A stretch of DNA of 64,000 nucleotides from Tagaea sp. (GCA_044378015.1 JBILXZ010000001.1:145-64144); one strand, 5' to 3'. Positions 1 through 9,648 are shown, numbered from the stretch's first letter. The notes: generated from the letters alone by a model not told the origin. Made by a program: numbers and translations.

Positions 1-4
1 CCTC

Positions 5-1438
5 GTGCTGTTCCGCGACGGTGCCGTGCGCCACACGCGCATGGTCACGGCCAATTACTGGCACGGCTACGGGGCGCGGGGCGTGCGCGCGTGGATGCTG
101 CTGCTCGACGCCGACGGCAAGGAAATCGCGAACTGGGAAGAAGCGCTGCCCGACGCGGTCGCAGGCTTCACGGTCGACAGCCGCGACGTGCGAAAGCGCT
201 TCAAGCTCGGCGATTTCGACGGCCAGCTCTTCGTGCACATGGTCGGCATCGCCGGACACGACGTGCTCAAATACGCGCTCGACAGTTTCGGGCCCGAAGA
301 GCTCAGCTGCACGCACGACGCCAATCCCTGGCCGGCCGACTTCTACGCCGGCATTCCGGCCCCGGCCCCAGGCGAGCGCGTGCGCGTGTGGGTGCAGAAC
401 TGCCAGCCTTGCGCGATCCCGGCCGACGGCGTGCGCTTCGCCGCGATGGGCAGCGACGTGTGGGCGCCGATCGGCACGTCGATTCCCGCCTTCGGCATGC
501 GCGAGATCGACATGGGCGATCTGCTCCCCGGCCTCGCGTGGCCGCAGCAGATCGAAATGGACGCAGGCAAATATGTCGTGCGGCCGCGCTACGAAGTGGT
601 CCGCCCCGGCGGCAAGCGCCACATCGCGCACGCCAACGTCGAGCGCGCCGATCTTGCCGGCGATCCCGACATTGCGGGGCTGCCCGCGCATTTCGGCAAG
701 GGTTTCATCCTGTCGGCCCCGATCCTGCCGCAGCAAACCTATACGAGCCTCGCCCTGCCCACGCCGATGGCGCGCGCCCAAGCGAGCCTGCCGCTGATCG
801 CGCGCTTCTACGACGCCGACGGCACGTCGGCGGGCGAGCGTTTCCTCGGCAATCTGCCGCGCAGCCACGCACACCTCGTCGATCTCGGCGAAGCCAAGCT
901 CAAAAGCGGCTACGGCCATGTCGAACTCAGCTACGATTTTCGCGACGGGGGAGTCGGCGACGGTTGGATCCACGGGCTGTTCCGCTACGCGCGCATCGAC
1001 GCCCCCGCGCATGCCGCCGAAACGAGCTTCGGCAGCCACATCTTCAACACGCCGCTCGTTTTCAAGAACGAGCCGCAATCCTATATCGGCCGCCCGCCGG
1101 GCCTGTCGACGCGGCTCTTCCTGCGGCTCGGCAGCGACGGCTACGAATCGATGTGCCATCTCGTCTATCCCGCTTCCACGCCGTGGCACGCGCATTCCGA
1201 CACGCATCTCGAACTCTACGATGCCGCGGGCGCGAAGCTCGCCGAGGCGAAACTCGCGATTCCCTGCTCGGGCTCGCGCCTGTGGCGCCCGAGCGAGTTC
1301 TTCGCCCCATCCGAGCTTGCGCGCGCGGCAGGCGGGGGCTACGTGCTGATCCGCGACCGCACCTGCCGCCTGTTCGGCTACCACGGCCTCGTGGCGGCCG
1401 ACGGGCGCTTCTGCCTCGACCACATGTTCGGATTCTGA
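5..1438 (+). CDS. hypothetical protein, probably 5' truncated by the window edge (GTG at 5; frame open to position 1)
   Basis: Long ORF with regular high-GC codon usage and no domain I can name; followed by the next gene after 53 nt. Confidence 0.4.
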   Translation: MLFRDGAVRHTRMVTANYWHGYGARGVRAWMLLLDADGKEIANWEEALPDAVAGFTVDSRDVRKRFKLGDFDGQLFVHMVGIAGHDVLKYALDSFGPEELSCTHDANPWPADFYAGIPAPAPGERVRVWVQNCQPCAIPADGVRFAAMGSDVWAPIGTSIPAFGMREIDMGDLLPGLAWPQQIEMDAGKYVVRPRYEVVRPGGKRHIAHANVERADLAGDPDIAGLPAHFGKGFILSAPILPQQTYTSLALPTPMARAQASLPLIARFYDADGTSAGERFLGNLPRSHAHLVDLGEAKLKSGYGHVELSYDFRDGGVGDGWIHGLFRYARIDAPAHAAETSFGSHIFNTPLVFKNEPQSYIGRPPGLSTRLFLRLGSDGYESMCHLVYPASTPWHAHSDTHLELYDAAGAKLAEAKLAIPCSGSRLWRPSEFFAPSELARAAGGGYVLIRDRTCRLFGYHGLVAADGRFCLDHMFGF

Positions 1439-1491
1439 CGCCGCGTTCGGCAGATCGTTGACAAAAGCAACGATCGTGCCGACGATGCCGC

Positions 1492-2433
1492 ATGGCTGCC
1501 GCTTCTTCCGACCAGACCGACGCGGTGCGCCGCTTCGCCCGCCTGTTCACGGCCCGGCTCGGCGTGCTGCGCAAAGGCCTCTACGGCAGCCGCTTCTCGC
1601 TGGCCGAGGCGCGCGTACTCTACGAGGTCGCGAACCGGCAGGCGCCGACGGCTGGTGCCGTCGCCGCCGATCTCGGCATCGATCCCGGCTATATGAGCCG
1701 AATTTGCAGCGGCCTTGCGCGCGCCAAACTTCTGCGCCGCGCCAAGGTCGCAGGCGACGGCCGCCAGCGCCGTCTCGAACTGACCAAGACCGGGGCTGCC
1801 GCTTTCGCCAAAATCGAAGCCGCTTCGCGCGTCGAGGTGGCGGCGTTGCTGGAACCGCTTGCAGCGCCCGCGCGCCGCACGCTCGTCGAAGCGCTGGCGC
1901 AAGCCGAGACTGTTCTGGATCCGCGCGCGGCGGCGGCACCGCGCGCTTTCGCGCTGCGCGCGCCGCGGCCGGGCGATCTCGGCTGGATCGTGCATCGGCA
2001 CGCGGCGATCTATGCGGCCGAATACGGGTGGGACGCGCATTTCGAAGCCGACGTTGCCGCGATCGTGGCCAAGTTCGCGGCCGCGCACGATCCGGTTTGC
2101 GAGCGCTGCTGGATTGCCGAGGGTGCGGGGGCGATCGTCGGCGCAATCGTCGTCGTGCGCGAAGACAAGGCGACCGCGAGACTGCGGCTGTTCTACCTGG
2201 AGGCAGAAGCGCGCGGCCACGGCTTGGCCCGGCAGTTGGTCGAGACGCTGCTCGGCTTCGCGCGCCAAGCAGGCTATCGGCGCATCGTGCTGTCGACCTA
2301 CGCGAACCTGACAGCTGCGCGCAAACTCTACGAGAAATTCGGGTTTGTGCGCACGGCGCAAAGCCCCAAGCGCCATTACGGCAAAAAGCTTGTCGCCGAA
2401 GACTGGGCGCTCGATCTTTGCCGAGGCGACTGA
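1492..2433 (+). CDS. MarR-type HTH regulator fused to GNAT N-acetyltransferase
   Basis: N-terminal winged-helix (LAEARVLYEVANRQAPTAGAVAADLGIDPGYMSRICSGLARAKLLRR...RRLELTKTG) typical of MarR; C-terminal GNAT fold (RLFYLEAEARGHGLARQLVE...GYRRIVLSTYANLTAARKLYEKFGF). Confidence 0.75.
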   Translation: MAAASSDQTDAVRRFARLFTARLGVLRKGLYGSRFSLAEARVLYEVANRQAPTAGAVAADLGIDPGYMSRICSGLARAKLLRRAKVAGDGRQRRLELTKTGAAAFAKIEAASRVEVAALLEPLAAPARRTLVEALAQAETVLDPRAAAAPRAFALRAPRPGDLGWIVHRHAAIYAAEYGWDAHFEADVAAIVAKFAAAHDPVCERCWIAEGAGAIVGAIVVVREDKATARLRLFYLEAEARGHGLARQLVETLLGFARQAGYRRIVLSTYANLTAARKLYEKFGFVRTAQSPKRHYGKKLVAEDWALDLCRGD

Positions 2434-2476
2434 GCCGGATCCAAGAACTGCGAATTGCGCCGCCGACGTCGCGACA

Positions 2477-2512
2477 CAAAGAAAAACGCCGCTAGGTCAT
2501 AGACCTAGCGGC
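2477..2512 (-). terminator. probable intrinsic terminator of the trxB-LysR transcript (also closes the convergent MarR-GNAT gene)
   Basis: Perfect 11-bp inverted repeat GCCGCTAGGTC-ata-GACCTAGCGGC (2488-2512); read on the minus strand it is followed by GTTTTTCTTTGTG. Confidence 0.5.
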
Positions 2513-2716
2513 AAGTTGAACAGGGAGGCATGGCGTCATGAGGGGACGCCAGGATCTGGAAAGACCCCCTTCGGCCCGCAAAGGCCAAAGCCCGCCGAAA
2601 ACCGTCGGCTCCGTCGATCAAAGATCAACAGCCAAGAGATAGTACGGATAATGCCTTAAAAAACGGCAAAGATCGCATACGAGGCATGAAATGTTCGCAT
2701 GCCTATGACTTTGCCG

Positions 2717-3616
2717 TCAGAATTGGGATTCTGCGACCTTCTGGACGAGATAGTCGCGGAACACGGCGATGCGTTTGGAGCTGCGCAGCTCCTCGGGATA
2801 CACGAAATAGGCCTCGTAGGTCGGCCCCTCGAGCTCGGGCAGGATCTGCACGATGGCGCTGCTCTGCTGGGCGACATAGTCGGGAAAGGCCGCGATGCCG
2901 ATGCCGTTTTCGACCGCGCGCAGGATCGCCGAGACGTTGTTGACCATCAAAGTCGGCGTGCGCTTCTTGCCGCCCGACGTGCCGACCTCGAGCAGCCAGT
3001 TCACGTTCGGGAAAGGCGGATTGGGATCGTCGCCGTAGACGATCAGGCGATGGCGGTCGAGATCGGCCGCCGATTTGGGGGCGCCGTGCTTGGCGAGATA
3101 CGCCTCCGACGCGAACACGTGCACATGCACCGACAGAAGATGGCGCTGGATGAGATCGGCCTGGCGCGGCGGGTGCATGCGGATGGCGCAGTCCGCCTCG
3201 CGCATGCCGAGATCGAGTTCGCGGTCGTCGACGCGCATGCTGAACTGCATGTCCGGATAGAGCTCGGCGAATTCGCGCAAGCGCGGGGCGAGCCACACCG
3301 AACCGAACGCGACGGTCGTGGTCACGCGCAGCAGGCCCGACGGGCGCTCCTTGGTTTCGGCGAGCTGCGCTTCGACGAGCGCGAGCTTGTCGAACACGTC
3401 GCGCACCGTGTTGAACAGCAATTCGCCCTGCTCGGTCAGGATGAGGCCGCGCGCGTGGCGGTGGAAAAGCGAGGCGCGCACCGATTCTTCGAGCGCCGAA
3501 ATCTGGCGGCTCACGGCCGACTGGCTGAGATTGAGCTTCTCGCCGGCATGCGTGAACGAGCCCGCCGCAGCAACCGCATGGAAGATCCGCAGCTTGTCCC
3601 AATCCATCGCCGACAT
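2717..3616 (-). CDS. LysR-family transcriptional regulator
   Basis: N-terminal HTH MDWDKLRIFHAVAAAGSFTHAGEKLNLSQSAVSRQISALEE plus LysR substrate-binding domain; single Cys, so not OxyR; 12 nt downstream of trxB on the same strand. Confidence 0.85.
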   Translation of the reverse strand: MSAMDWDKLRIFHAVAAAGSFTHAGEKLNLSQSAVSRQISALEESVRASLFHRHARGLILTEQGELLFNTVRDVFDKLALVEAQLAETKERPSGLLRVTTTVAFGSVWLAPRLREFAELYPDMQFSMRVDDRELDLGMREADCAIRMHPPRQADLIQRHLLSVHVHVFASEAYLAKHGAPKSAADLDRHRLIVYGDDPNPPFPNVNWLLEVGTSGGKKRTPTLMVNNVSAILRAVENGIGIAAFPDYVAQQSSAIVQILPELEGPTYEAYFVYPEELRSSKRIAVFRDYLVQKVAESQF

Positions 3617-3628
3617 GGTCGCGCCGTC

Positions 3629-4600
3629 CTATTCGGCTGCAGCCGATTGATGGCCCGCTTGCGCGTGGGCGAGGAATTTTTCGGCCTCGAGCGCGGCCAT
3701 GCAGCCCATGCCCGCCGCCGTCACGGCCTGGCGGAACACTTTGTCCTTCACGTCGCCCGCCGCGTAGACGCCGGGCAAGTCGGTCGCCGTCGAATCGGGC
3801 TTTGTCAGGATGTAGCCCTCCGCGTCGAGGGCGATCTGGCCCTTGAAAAGTTCGGTCGCCGGCACGTGGCCGATCGCGACGAACAGACCGTCGACCGCAA
3901 GCGTGCTGCGTTCGCCCGTGACGAGATTCTTGAGCGCCAAGCCCGTCACTGCCGCAGGCGTGCCGGTGCCGAGCACCTCGTCGACGGCCGAATTCCAAAC
4001 GACCTCGATTTTGGGGTGCTTGAGCAGGCGGGCCTGCAGCATCTTTTCGGCGCGCAGCGCGTCGCGGCGATGGATCAGCGTGACCTTGGCGGCGTGGTTG
4101 GTGAGATAGAGCGCTTCTTCGACCGCCGTGTTGCCGCCGCCGACCACGGCCACGTTCTTGCCGCGGAAGAAAAAACCGTCGCAGGTGGCGCACGCCGAAA
4201 CGCCCGCGCCGCGGAATCTGGTTTCCGATTCGAGCCCGAGCCAGCGGGCTTGCGCGCCCGTGCAGATCACGATCGTGTCGGCGATGTAGGTGTCGCCCGA
4301 ATCGCCGGTCGCGACGTAGGGGCGTTTGGAGAGATCGACTTCGACGACGATGTCTTCGAGGATCAGCGTGCCGACATGGGCGCACTGCTTGTACATCTGC
4401 TCCATCAGCCACGGCCCTTGGATCGCCGTCTCGAAACCCGGATAGTTTTCGACGTCGGTCGTGATCGACAATTGGCCGCCGGGTTGGATGCCGCGGACGA
4501 GGATGGGGGAAAGATTGGCGCGCGTCGCGTAAATGGCCGCCGTATAGCCCGCAGGCCCCGAACCAAGGATCAGCATTTTGGTGCGATGGGTTTGCGGCAT
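3629..4600 (-). CDS. trxB: thioredoxin-disulfide reductase
   Basis: KMLILGSGPAGYTAAIYATRANL FAD motif, CATC redox centre (SACATCDGFFF), NADPH motif VAVVGGGNTAVEEAL; start chosen at the internal Met (MPQTHRTKM...) preceded by GGAAAGG, not at the track Met at 4639. Confidence 0.9.
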   Translation of the reverse strand: MPQTHRTKMLILGSGPAGYTAAIYATRANLSPILVRGIQPGGQLSITTDVENYPGFETAIQGPWLMEQMYKQCAHVGTLILEDIVVEVDLSKRPYVATGDSGDTYIADTIVICTGAQARWLGLESETRFRGAGVSACATCDGFFFRGKNVAVVGGGNTAVEEALYLTNHAAKVTLIHRRDALRAEKMLQARLLKHPKIEVVWNSAVDEVLGTGTPAAVTGLALKNLVTGERSTLAVDGLFVAIGHVPATELFKGQIALDAEGYILTKPDSTATDLPGVYAAGDVKDKVFRQAVTAAGMGCMAALEAEKFLAHAQAGHQSAAAE

Positions 4601-4681
4601 CGGACGACCTTTCCGTCTCGGGCTATGCGTCTGGCGCAAGCCTAGCAGGCATGCCTCGGCGTTGGGAAGCAGGCGCCGGAT

Positions 4682-5659
4682 TTATCCCCAGCCAAATTTC
4701 TGCCGCAACAGGCGGGCGGCCCGCGCCGTATCGTCGGGCGGGACATAGGTCCAATGCTCGAAGCGGCCTTCGAACGGGCGCGTAAAGCCTTTGGCCTGCA
4801 TGGTGGCCTGAAACGCGGCAATGCGGCCCGAACGGCCTTCAAGGGCGGCGACGAACACGGGCTTGCCGGTCGAAAGCGCTTCGCTGGTCATCGACACGGA
4901 ATCCTCGGTCACAACGATGCCGTCCGCCAATGCCAACAGCCCGAAATAGGGATTCTCGCCCTCGCCGTCCCAAGCATAGCCGCCGAGCGCGCGCACGGTC
5001 TTCACAAGCGCTTCGCGGGCCGGCGGGTCGGTACGACGCGACGGCGTCAATGCAAGGCCGCAACCGCCTGCCGCCAAACTTTCGAGGCCAGCCGCCAGAC
5101 GCGCGACGGCGCCCTCCGTCATCTGGAAGCGGCGCCAGCCGTTCGAACCGCCCAGGATCACGGCAATCAGCGGCCGCTTGAGAGCGGTCAATCGCGGCGC
5201 CCAAACTTCGGCTGCGGCGGCGAGCTTCGCCGGCGTCACATGGTGAAGCGCCATTTGCGTTTCGATGACGTTGGCCCCGACGATTTCGTCGTGCGCAGGC
5301 ACGATCACCGCATCGAGCCAAGCGACCGGGACCGCCGGACGCTGCACGTGAAGGGCAAATACCCTGCCGCCGCTGCGCCGCTTCATCGCAACGCCGATGG
5401 GCGCGCAACGCGAACCCAGCGTAATCGCCATGTCGGGCCAAGGTTCGGACAGATCGGGGCTGTCGGCGCGCAACATCGCGAGCGGATCGCCGCGCACGAG
5501 GGCCACTTCGGGGAGCCACGAATAAGGCGGGCGAAACGCCACATCCTTGAATTCGAAGGCGAGGCCCAGGGCCTCGGCAATGCCGCGGCATTGCGCTTTC
5601 ATGCCGACCTGCCCCGGGCTGATAATCCAGGCGGTTTTGGGGGCGGAGGGGGTTGTCAT
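4682..5659 (-). CDS. ELM1-like (mitochondrial fission ELM1 / DUF1022) family protein
   Basis: Size and motifs (AWIISPGQVGMKAQCRGIAEALGL...VILGGSNG...PSRRT) resemble the ELM1/GT-B-like family common in alphaproteobacteria; called from memory of the family only. Confidence 0.55.
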   Translation of the reverse strand: MTTPSAPKTAWIISPGQVGMKAQCRGIAEALGLAFEFKDVAFRPPYSWLPEVALVRGDPLAMLRADSPDLSEPWPDMAITLGSRCAPIGVAMKRRSGGRVFALHVQRPAVPVAWLDAVIVPAHDEIVGANVIETQMALHHVTPAKLAAAAEVWAPRLTALKRPLIAVILGGSNGWRRFQMTEGAVARLAAGLESLAAGGCGLALTPSRRTDPPAREALVKTVRALGGYAWDGEGENPYFGLLALADGIVVTEDSVSMTSEALSTGKPVFVAALEGRSGRIAAFQATMQAKGFTRPFEGRFEHWTYVPPDDTARAARLLRQKFGWG

Positions 5660-5778
5660 CGCGGGCGGGACTATGGCCGCGCTGCGGCGATTTGCGCAAT
5701 TTTTTTAGCCATACGGCTTGCGTTTACGCGCGCATTGGTAATATTGTTTCAACTTCGTCGAAATTCGGGACCTGAAAA

Positions 5779-6282
5779 ATGCGCGGGCACAAGCTTGACG
5801 ACGTGGATCGCCAGATTCTCCACGATCTCCAGAACGACGGGCGAATGACCAATGTCGAGCTTGCGCGCCGGGCCGGTGTTTCGGCCCCGCCCTGCTTGCG
5901 CCGCGTGCGCGTGCTCGAGGAAGCCAATGTGATCCGCGGCTATCACGCCGACATCGACCCGCATGCGCTGGGTTTCGGGGTGGCTGTATTCGCGTTCGTC
6001 AGCCTCAAGAGCCAAGCCGATGCCGATCTGCGGGCTTTCCAGGCGATCATCGATTCCTGGCCGATGGTGCGGGAATGCCACATGCTGACCGGGGAAACCG
6101 ATTTCCTCATCAAAGTCGTAGCGCAGGATTGGGACGCGTACGAAAAATTCCTGACGACGCAGCTGACGGCAGCCCCCAATGTCAGCAACGTCAAGTCGGC
6201 GCTGACGATCCGCACGACCAAAAACCAGCCGGGCGTGCCGATCGAGGCCAAACAGCCCGACGCCAAAGCGGCGCGCAAATAG
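5779..6282 (+). CDS. Lrp/AsnC-family transcriptional regulator
   Basis: LDDVDRQILHDLQNDGRMTNVELARRAGVSAPPCLRRVRVLEE HTH plus RAM (ACT-like) C-terminal domain. Confidence 0.85.
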   Translation: MRGHKLDDVDRQILHDLQNDGRMTNVELARRAGVSAPPCLRRVRVLEEANVIRGYHADIDPHALGFGVAVFAFVSLKSQADADLRAFQAIIDSWPMVRECHMLTGETDFLIKVVAQDWDAYEKFLTTQLTAAPNVSNVKSALTIRTTKNQPGVPIEAKQPDAKAARK

Positions 6283-6650
6283 CCGTTATTCCCCGGGCTT
6301 CAGCACGCGCAGATCGCCGCTTGCCGAATCGCGTTCGACGATTTTCATATGGGCTGCCCACCGCGCGACCGCTTCGAGCGGCAGGTCGCGGCGCGCCAAC
6401 CGACGGCCCAGCGCTTGTGCGCGCGCCTCGGTCCAAGCGAAAAACGCGACGATTTCGGGTGCCGCATCGTCGAACGGTTCGGGAGCGCCATTCATTTCGA
6501 CGGAATCGGTCGAACGAAGACGCCTGCACGCAAAGGTTTGTGCCTTGGTGAGCGAGAAGCGATTTCTCTACTTCGAGTATGCCGAAGAAGCAGAACGCGA
6601 ATCAAATGTTGAATTCTACGCCGGCTCGGCGAGCGGCGGCGTCAAGCCGC

Positions 6651-8318
6651 TCATGCCAGTTTCGTCGCGTCCTTGACGATGCGCATCGCCAAAACGCCTT
6701 GGCGGCCGCGTATATCGGTCGTCTCCTCGGGAAAACCAGAAAAATCGAGGCCGCTGGCGCGCGCAGCGTCGGTCGAGACCAAAAGATCGGCACCGTATGT
6801 TTTGGTGAGCGCTTCGAGGCGACTTGCCGTATTGACCGTGTCGCCGATGGCGGTGAATTGGCGCACGTCGCCGTAGCCCATCTCGCCGACGATGGCGGGG
6901 CCCGTATGGATGCCGATGCCGATCCGCAACGGCGCGCCGAGATCGTGCGCAAGGGCAGCGTTGAGGGCGGCGAGCCGTTCGATCATGGCGCGAGCCCCGG
7001 CAAGCGCTTCGCGCGTGCCTTGCGCGGGCCCGCTTTCGACGCCGAACAGCGCGACGATGCCGTCGCCCACGAATTTGTCGATGCGCCCGCCCGCCGTTTC
7101 GATCGCAGCCCCCATTTCCGCGAAATAGCGGTTGAGCAGAAAGACCACGTCGAACGGCAACTTGTTTTCCGACAACGTCGTGAAGCCGCGCAGATCGGCG
7201 AACATCACGGCGATGGTTTTCTCGACCCCCGAATTGTCGCGCGAGCGGCGCTGGGCAACGGATGCGGAGCCGACAGCGGCGGGCAGCAGCGGCACGATCG
7301 CGACGTCGCCTTCGGCGCGCGCCTGGCATGCCAGACGCACGCTCGGCGGCGCCGCGACGCGCGCAAGCACGGCCAACTCGTCGGCGGCGGCCGGCGACAG
7401 GTTTTCGCTCCCGCGCTCGACGCGCACGCGGCAAGTCGAGCAGCGGCCCCGCCCGCCGCATACGGAAGCGTGCGCAATCCGTCCTTGGCGGCTCGCCTCG
7501 AGCAGCGTCGTGCCGCGCGCGACGGCGACCGTCGCGTCGCGCGGGTAGGCCACGACCGCCCGCCCGCCGCGATCCGCATGCCACGCGCGCACGCGCCGGG
7601 CGGCGAACACGGCGGCGATCGACAAAGCCCACAGCGCCAGCACGCCGCTCTGGATGCGCTCGAGAGTCGCGGCATCGTCGGCATTCGGCAAACGATGGCG
7701 CTCGGCAAGGCCAGCGCGCCAAGCCGGGTCGGCGAACAATGCGGCGACTTCGCGGCTGCCGGCGAGATATCCCGCCACGGCAAGGGCGCCGAGGATCGTC
7801 GCCGCCGCCAACAGCCACGGCTGCCAGCGCGCGTAGAGCGGCTTCAAGCGCAGCCAGTAATGCACGCCCGCGCAGCCGTGCAGCCAGACCAGCAGCAGGC
7901 CCGAGACGAGCAGCAGCCCGCCCGACGGGTCGATCTGGGTCGTTGCGACCGCGACCGACGCATGCGAGGGCAGCATGCCGAACAGCAACGCGCCGAAGCG
8001 CACCGGAACCACGTGACCCGCGAGGATCGGCACGACGGCCAAGCCCGCGACAAGCTGCACAGTTTCGCCGCGCGACAGGGTGGCGAGATCGCGCCGCAGA
8101 TAGACGGTCCGCAGCGACAGCCCGAAATGCGCGGCGAGCGACAAATAGAGAAGGACGCGAACCGGCGGCAGCCCCACGACCGAGAACATCGCCTGGGCAA
8201 AGGCATCGGCCGCCGCCAAAGAAACGTTCATCAGCGCGTGGTTGGCCAGATGCAGCGCGACATAGACGAACAGCGCGAGGCCGGAAGCCAGCCGCACCTG
8301 GCGCGCCGCGATCCTCAT
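6651..8318 (-). CDS. membrane-anchored 2Fe-2S ferredoxin-domain adenylate/guanylate cyclase (class III)
   Basis: C-terminal CYC domain (IAVMFADLRGFTTLSE...FVGDGIVALFG...IGIHTGPAIVGEMGYGDVRQFTAIGDTVNTASRLE); central plant-type 2Fe-2S motif (CGGRGRCSTCRV...RLACQA); N-terminal multi-TM region with paired His; ATG at 8318 overlaps the upstream stop (ATGA). The first 253 codons of the 808-aa track ORF are rejected because they overlap the plsC frame. Confidence 0.8.
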   Translation of the reverse strand: MRIAARQVRLASGLALFVYVALHLANHALMNVSLAAADAFAQAMFSVVGLPPVRVLLYLSLAAHFGLSLRTVYLRRDLATLSRGETVQLVAGLAVVPILAGHVVPVRFGALLFGMLPSHASVAVATTQIDPSGGLLLVSGLLLVWLHGCAGVHYWLRLKPLYARWQPWLLAAATILGALAVAGYLAGSREVAALFADPAWRAGLAERHRLPNADDAATLERIQSGVLALWALSIAAVFAARRVRAWHADRGGRAVVAYPRDATVAVARGTTLLEASRQGRIAHASVCGGRGRCSTCRVRVERGSENLSPAAADELAVLARVAAPPSVRLACQARAEGDVAIVPLLPAAVGSASVAQRRSRDNSGVEKTIAVMFADLRGFTTLSENKLPFDVVFLLNRYFAEMGAAIETAGGRIDKFVGDGIVALFGVESGPAQGTREALAGARAMIERLAALNAALAHDLGAPLRIGIGIHTGPAIVGEMGYGDVRQFTAIGDTVNTASRLEALTKTYGADLLVSTDAARASGLDFSGFPEETTDIRGRQGVLAMRIVKDATKLA

Positions 8319-9055
8319 CGCGCGTCGTCGGCCGAGGCGTGGCCTTCTTCGAGGCGCCTCGTGGCCGTTTCGATGCGCGTCTCGAGTTCGCGCATGAACT
8401 CTGCGCGCTTGAGGCCGGCCGGAATCGCGTCGAGCACCTCGACCGTGATGAGGCCGGGCTTCTTGGCGAACGTGCGCCTGCCCCAGAACAGGCCGGAGTT
8501 GAGCGCGACCGGCACGCACGGCATGTCGAGCTTGCTGTAGAGCGCCATGACGCCGGGATGGTAGGGCCAGTCTGCGGCGTCGCTGCGCACCGGCGTGCGC
8601 GTCCCTTGCGGAAAGATCACGATCTGGCGGCCTTCCGCGATCGCTTCTTGCGCCATCGTCAGCATGCGCTTCAAGGCCGCTCCGCCGCCTTTGCGGTCGA
8701 CCGGGATCATTTTCTGCTTTTGCGCATGCCATCCGTAGAGCGGGATCGACAGAAGCTCCTTCTTCATCACGTAGGTCGGATCGCCGCACAGCGCGTAGAA
8801 GATCAGCGTGTCCCACGCCGACTGGTGCTTGCACGCGACAAGCGCCGGGCCTTCGAGCAGGTCGACCCGGCCGACGAGGCGGTGTTCGAGCCTGCAGATG
8901 TGCTTGAGACCCCACACGACGGTCTTGGCCCAGACCCGCGCGATGAAATGCACGCCGCGTCGATCCATGAAATGGCAGGGCAACGAAGCGATCAGCAGCG
9001 CCGTCGTGGCGCCGAAAAACCAGACATTGAACAGAAACGACCGCAGCTGGATCAT
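8315..9055 (-). CDS. lysophospholipid (1-acyl-sn-glycerol-3-phosphate) acyltransferase, PlsC family
   Basis: Acyltransferase H-X4-D box (ACKHQSAWDTLIF) and FPQGTR motif; ATG at 9055 overlaps the upstream stop (ATGA). Confidence 0.8.
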   Translation of the reverse strand: MIQLRSFLFNVWFFGATTALLIASLPCHFMDRRGVHFIARVWAKTVVWGLKHICRLEHRLVGRVDLLEGPALVACKHQSAWDTLIFYALCGDPTYVMKKELLSIPLYGWHAQKQKMIPVDRKGGGAALKRMLTMAQEAIAEGRQIVIFPQGTRTPVRSDAADWPYHPGVMALYSKLDMPCVPVALNSGLFWGRRTFAKKPGLITVEVLDAIPAGLKRAEFMRELETRIETATRRLEEGHASADDAR

Positions 9056-9648
9056 GGGGGGACATCCGCAAAAGCAAGATAGGGGCGCAGCAATGCGCCG
9101 ACGTATTTGTGGTACTCGGCCTGCAGCAGCGCGTAGGTTCCCGGCCAGCGCCACCATTCGTCGATATGGAAGTTTTCGGGGTAGACGGGCTGGGCGATCA
9201 GATCGATGTCCGGCATCGCGCGGCGGAACTCGAGCGTCGCGCGCCGCAGATGGTAGTTGGCCGTCACGAGCCGCAGCGAGGCGATCTTCTCGCGCGCGAC
9301 GAAGGCGGCGGCCTCGCGCGCATTGCCTTGGGTCGAATCCGCGTCGTAGCCGAGTTCGACGCAGCATTCGAGAGCGCCCGGCCCCTGGCGCGCCACGCGC
9401 AGCAGCTCCTGCAGCTCGACATTGCGGTTGACGCCAGAGACCAGCAGCTTTTTGGCCTTGCCCTCGGCCATCAGACGCAGGCCCTCGCGCAGGCGCAGCT
9501 GGCCGCCCGTCAGCACCACGATCGCGTCGGTCGCGCGCGCATCGACCGGGCCCTCGCGCGGGATCGCGGCGGCGAACCACACGAGCCCGCCCAAATAGAT
9601 CAAGCCCAACGCGGCCGCCGCAGCGCCCAAGCGCAGGAGCGTCGCCAT
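9052..9648 (-). CDS. DUF218 (YdcF/ElyC/SanA-family) envelope protein
   Basis: N-terminal TM, then DAIVVLTGG...KLLVSGV...GYDADSTQGNAREAAAF, characteristic of DUF218. Confidence 0.7.
   Translation of the reverse strand: MATLLRLGAAAAALGLIYLGGLVWFAAAIPREGPVDARATDAIVVLTGGQLRLREGLRLMAEGKAKKLLVSGVNRNVELQELLRVARQGPGALECCVELGYDADSTQGNAREAAAFVAREKIASLRLVTANYHLRRATLEFRRAMPDIDLIAQPVYPENFHIDEWWRWPGTYALLQAEYHKYVGALLRPYLAFADVPP

Noticed and set aside
2345-2877. Short ORFs (104 aa plus strand, 73 aa minus strand) in the MarR-GNAT / LysR convergent region
   Set aside because: They overlap gene ends, have no homology features, and the region is better explained by the hairpin terminator
6286-6495. 69-aa ORF convergent with the Lrp gene
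   Set aside because: No recognisable features; could be real but the evidence is insufficient to report as a gene
8319-9077. N-terminal 253 codons of the 808-aa cyclase ORF
   Set aside because: The region lies over the plsC-like acyltransferase frame and has low-complexity Arg-rich content. A perfect ATGA-coupled start exists at 8318 just before the first TM helix
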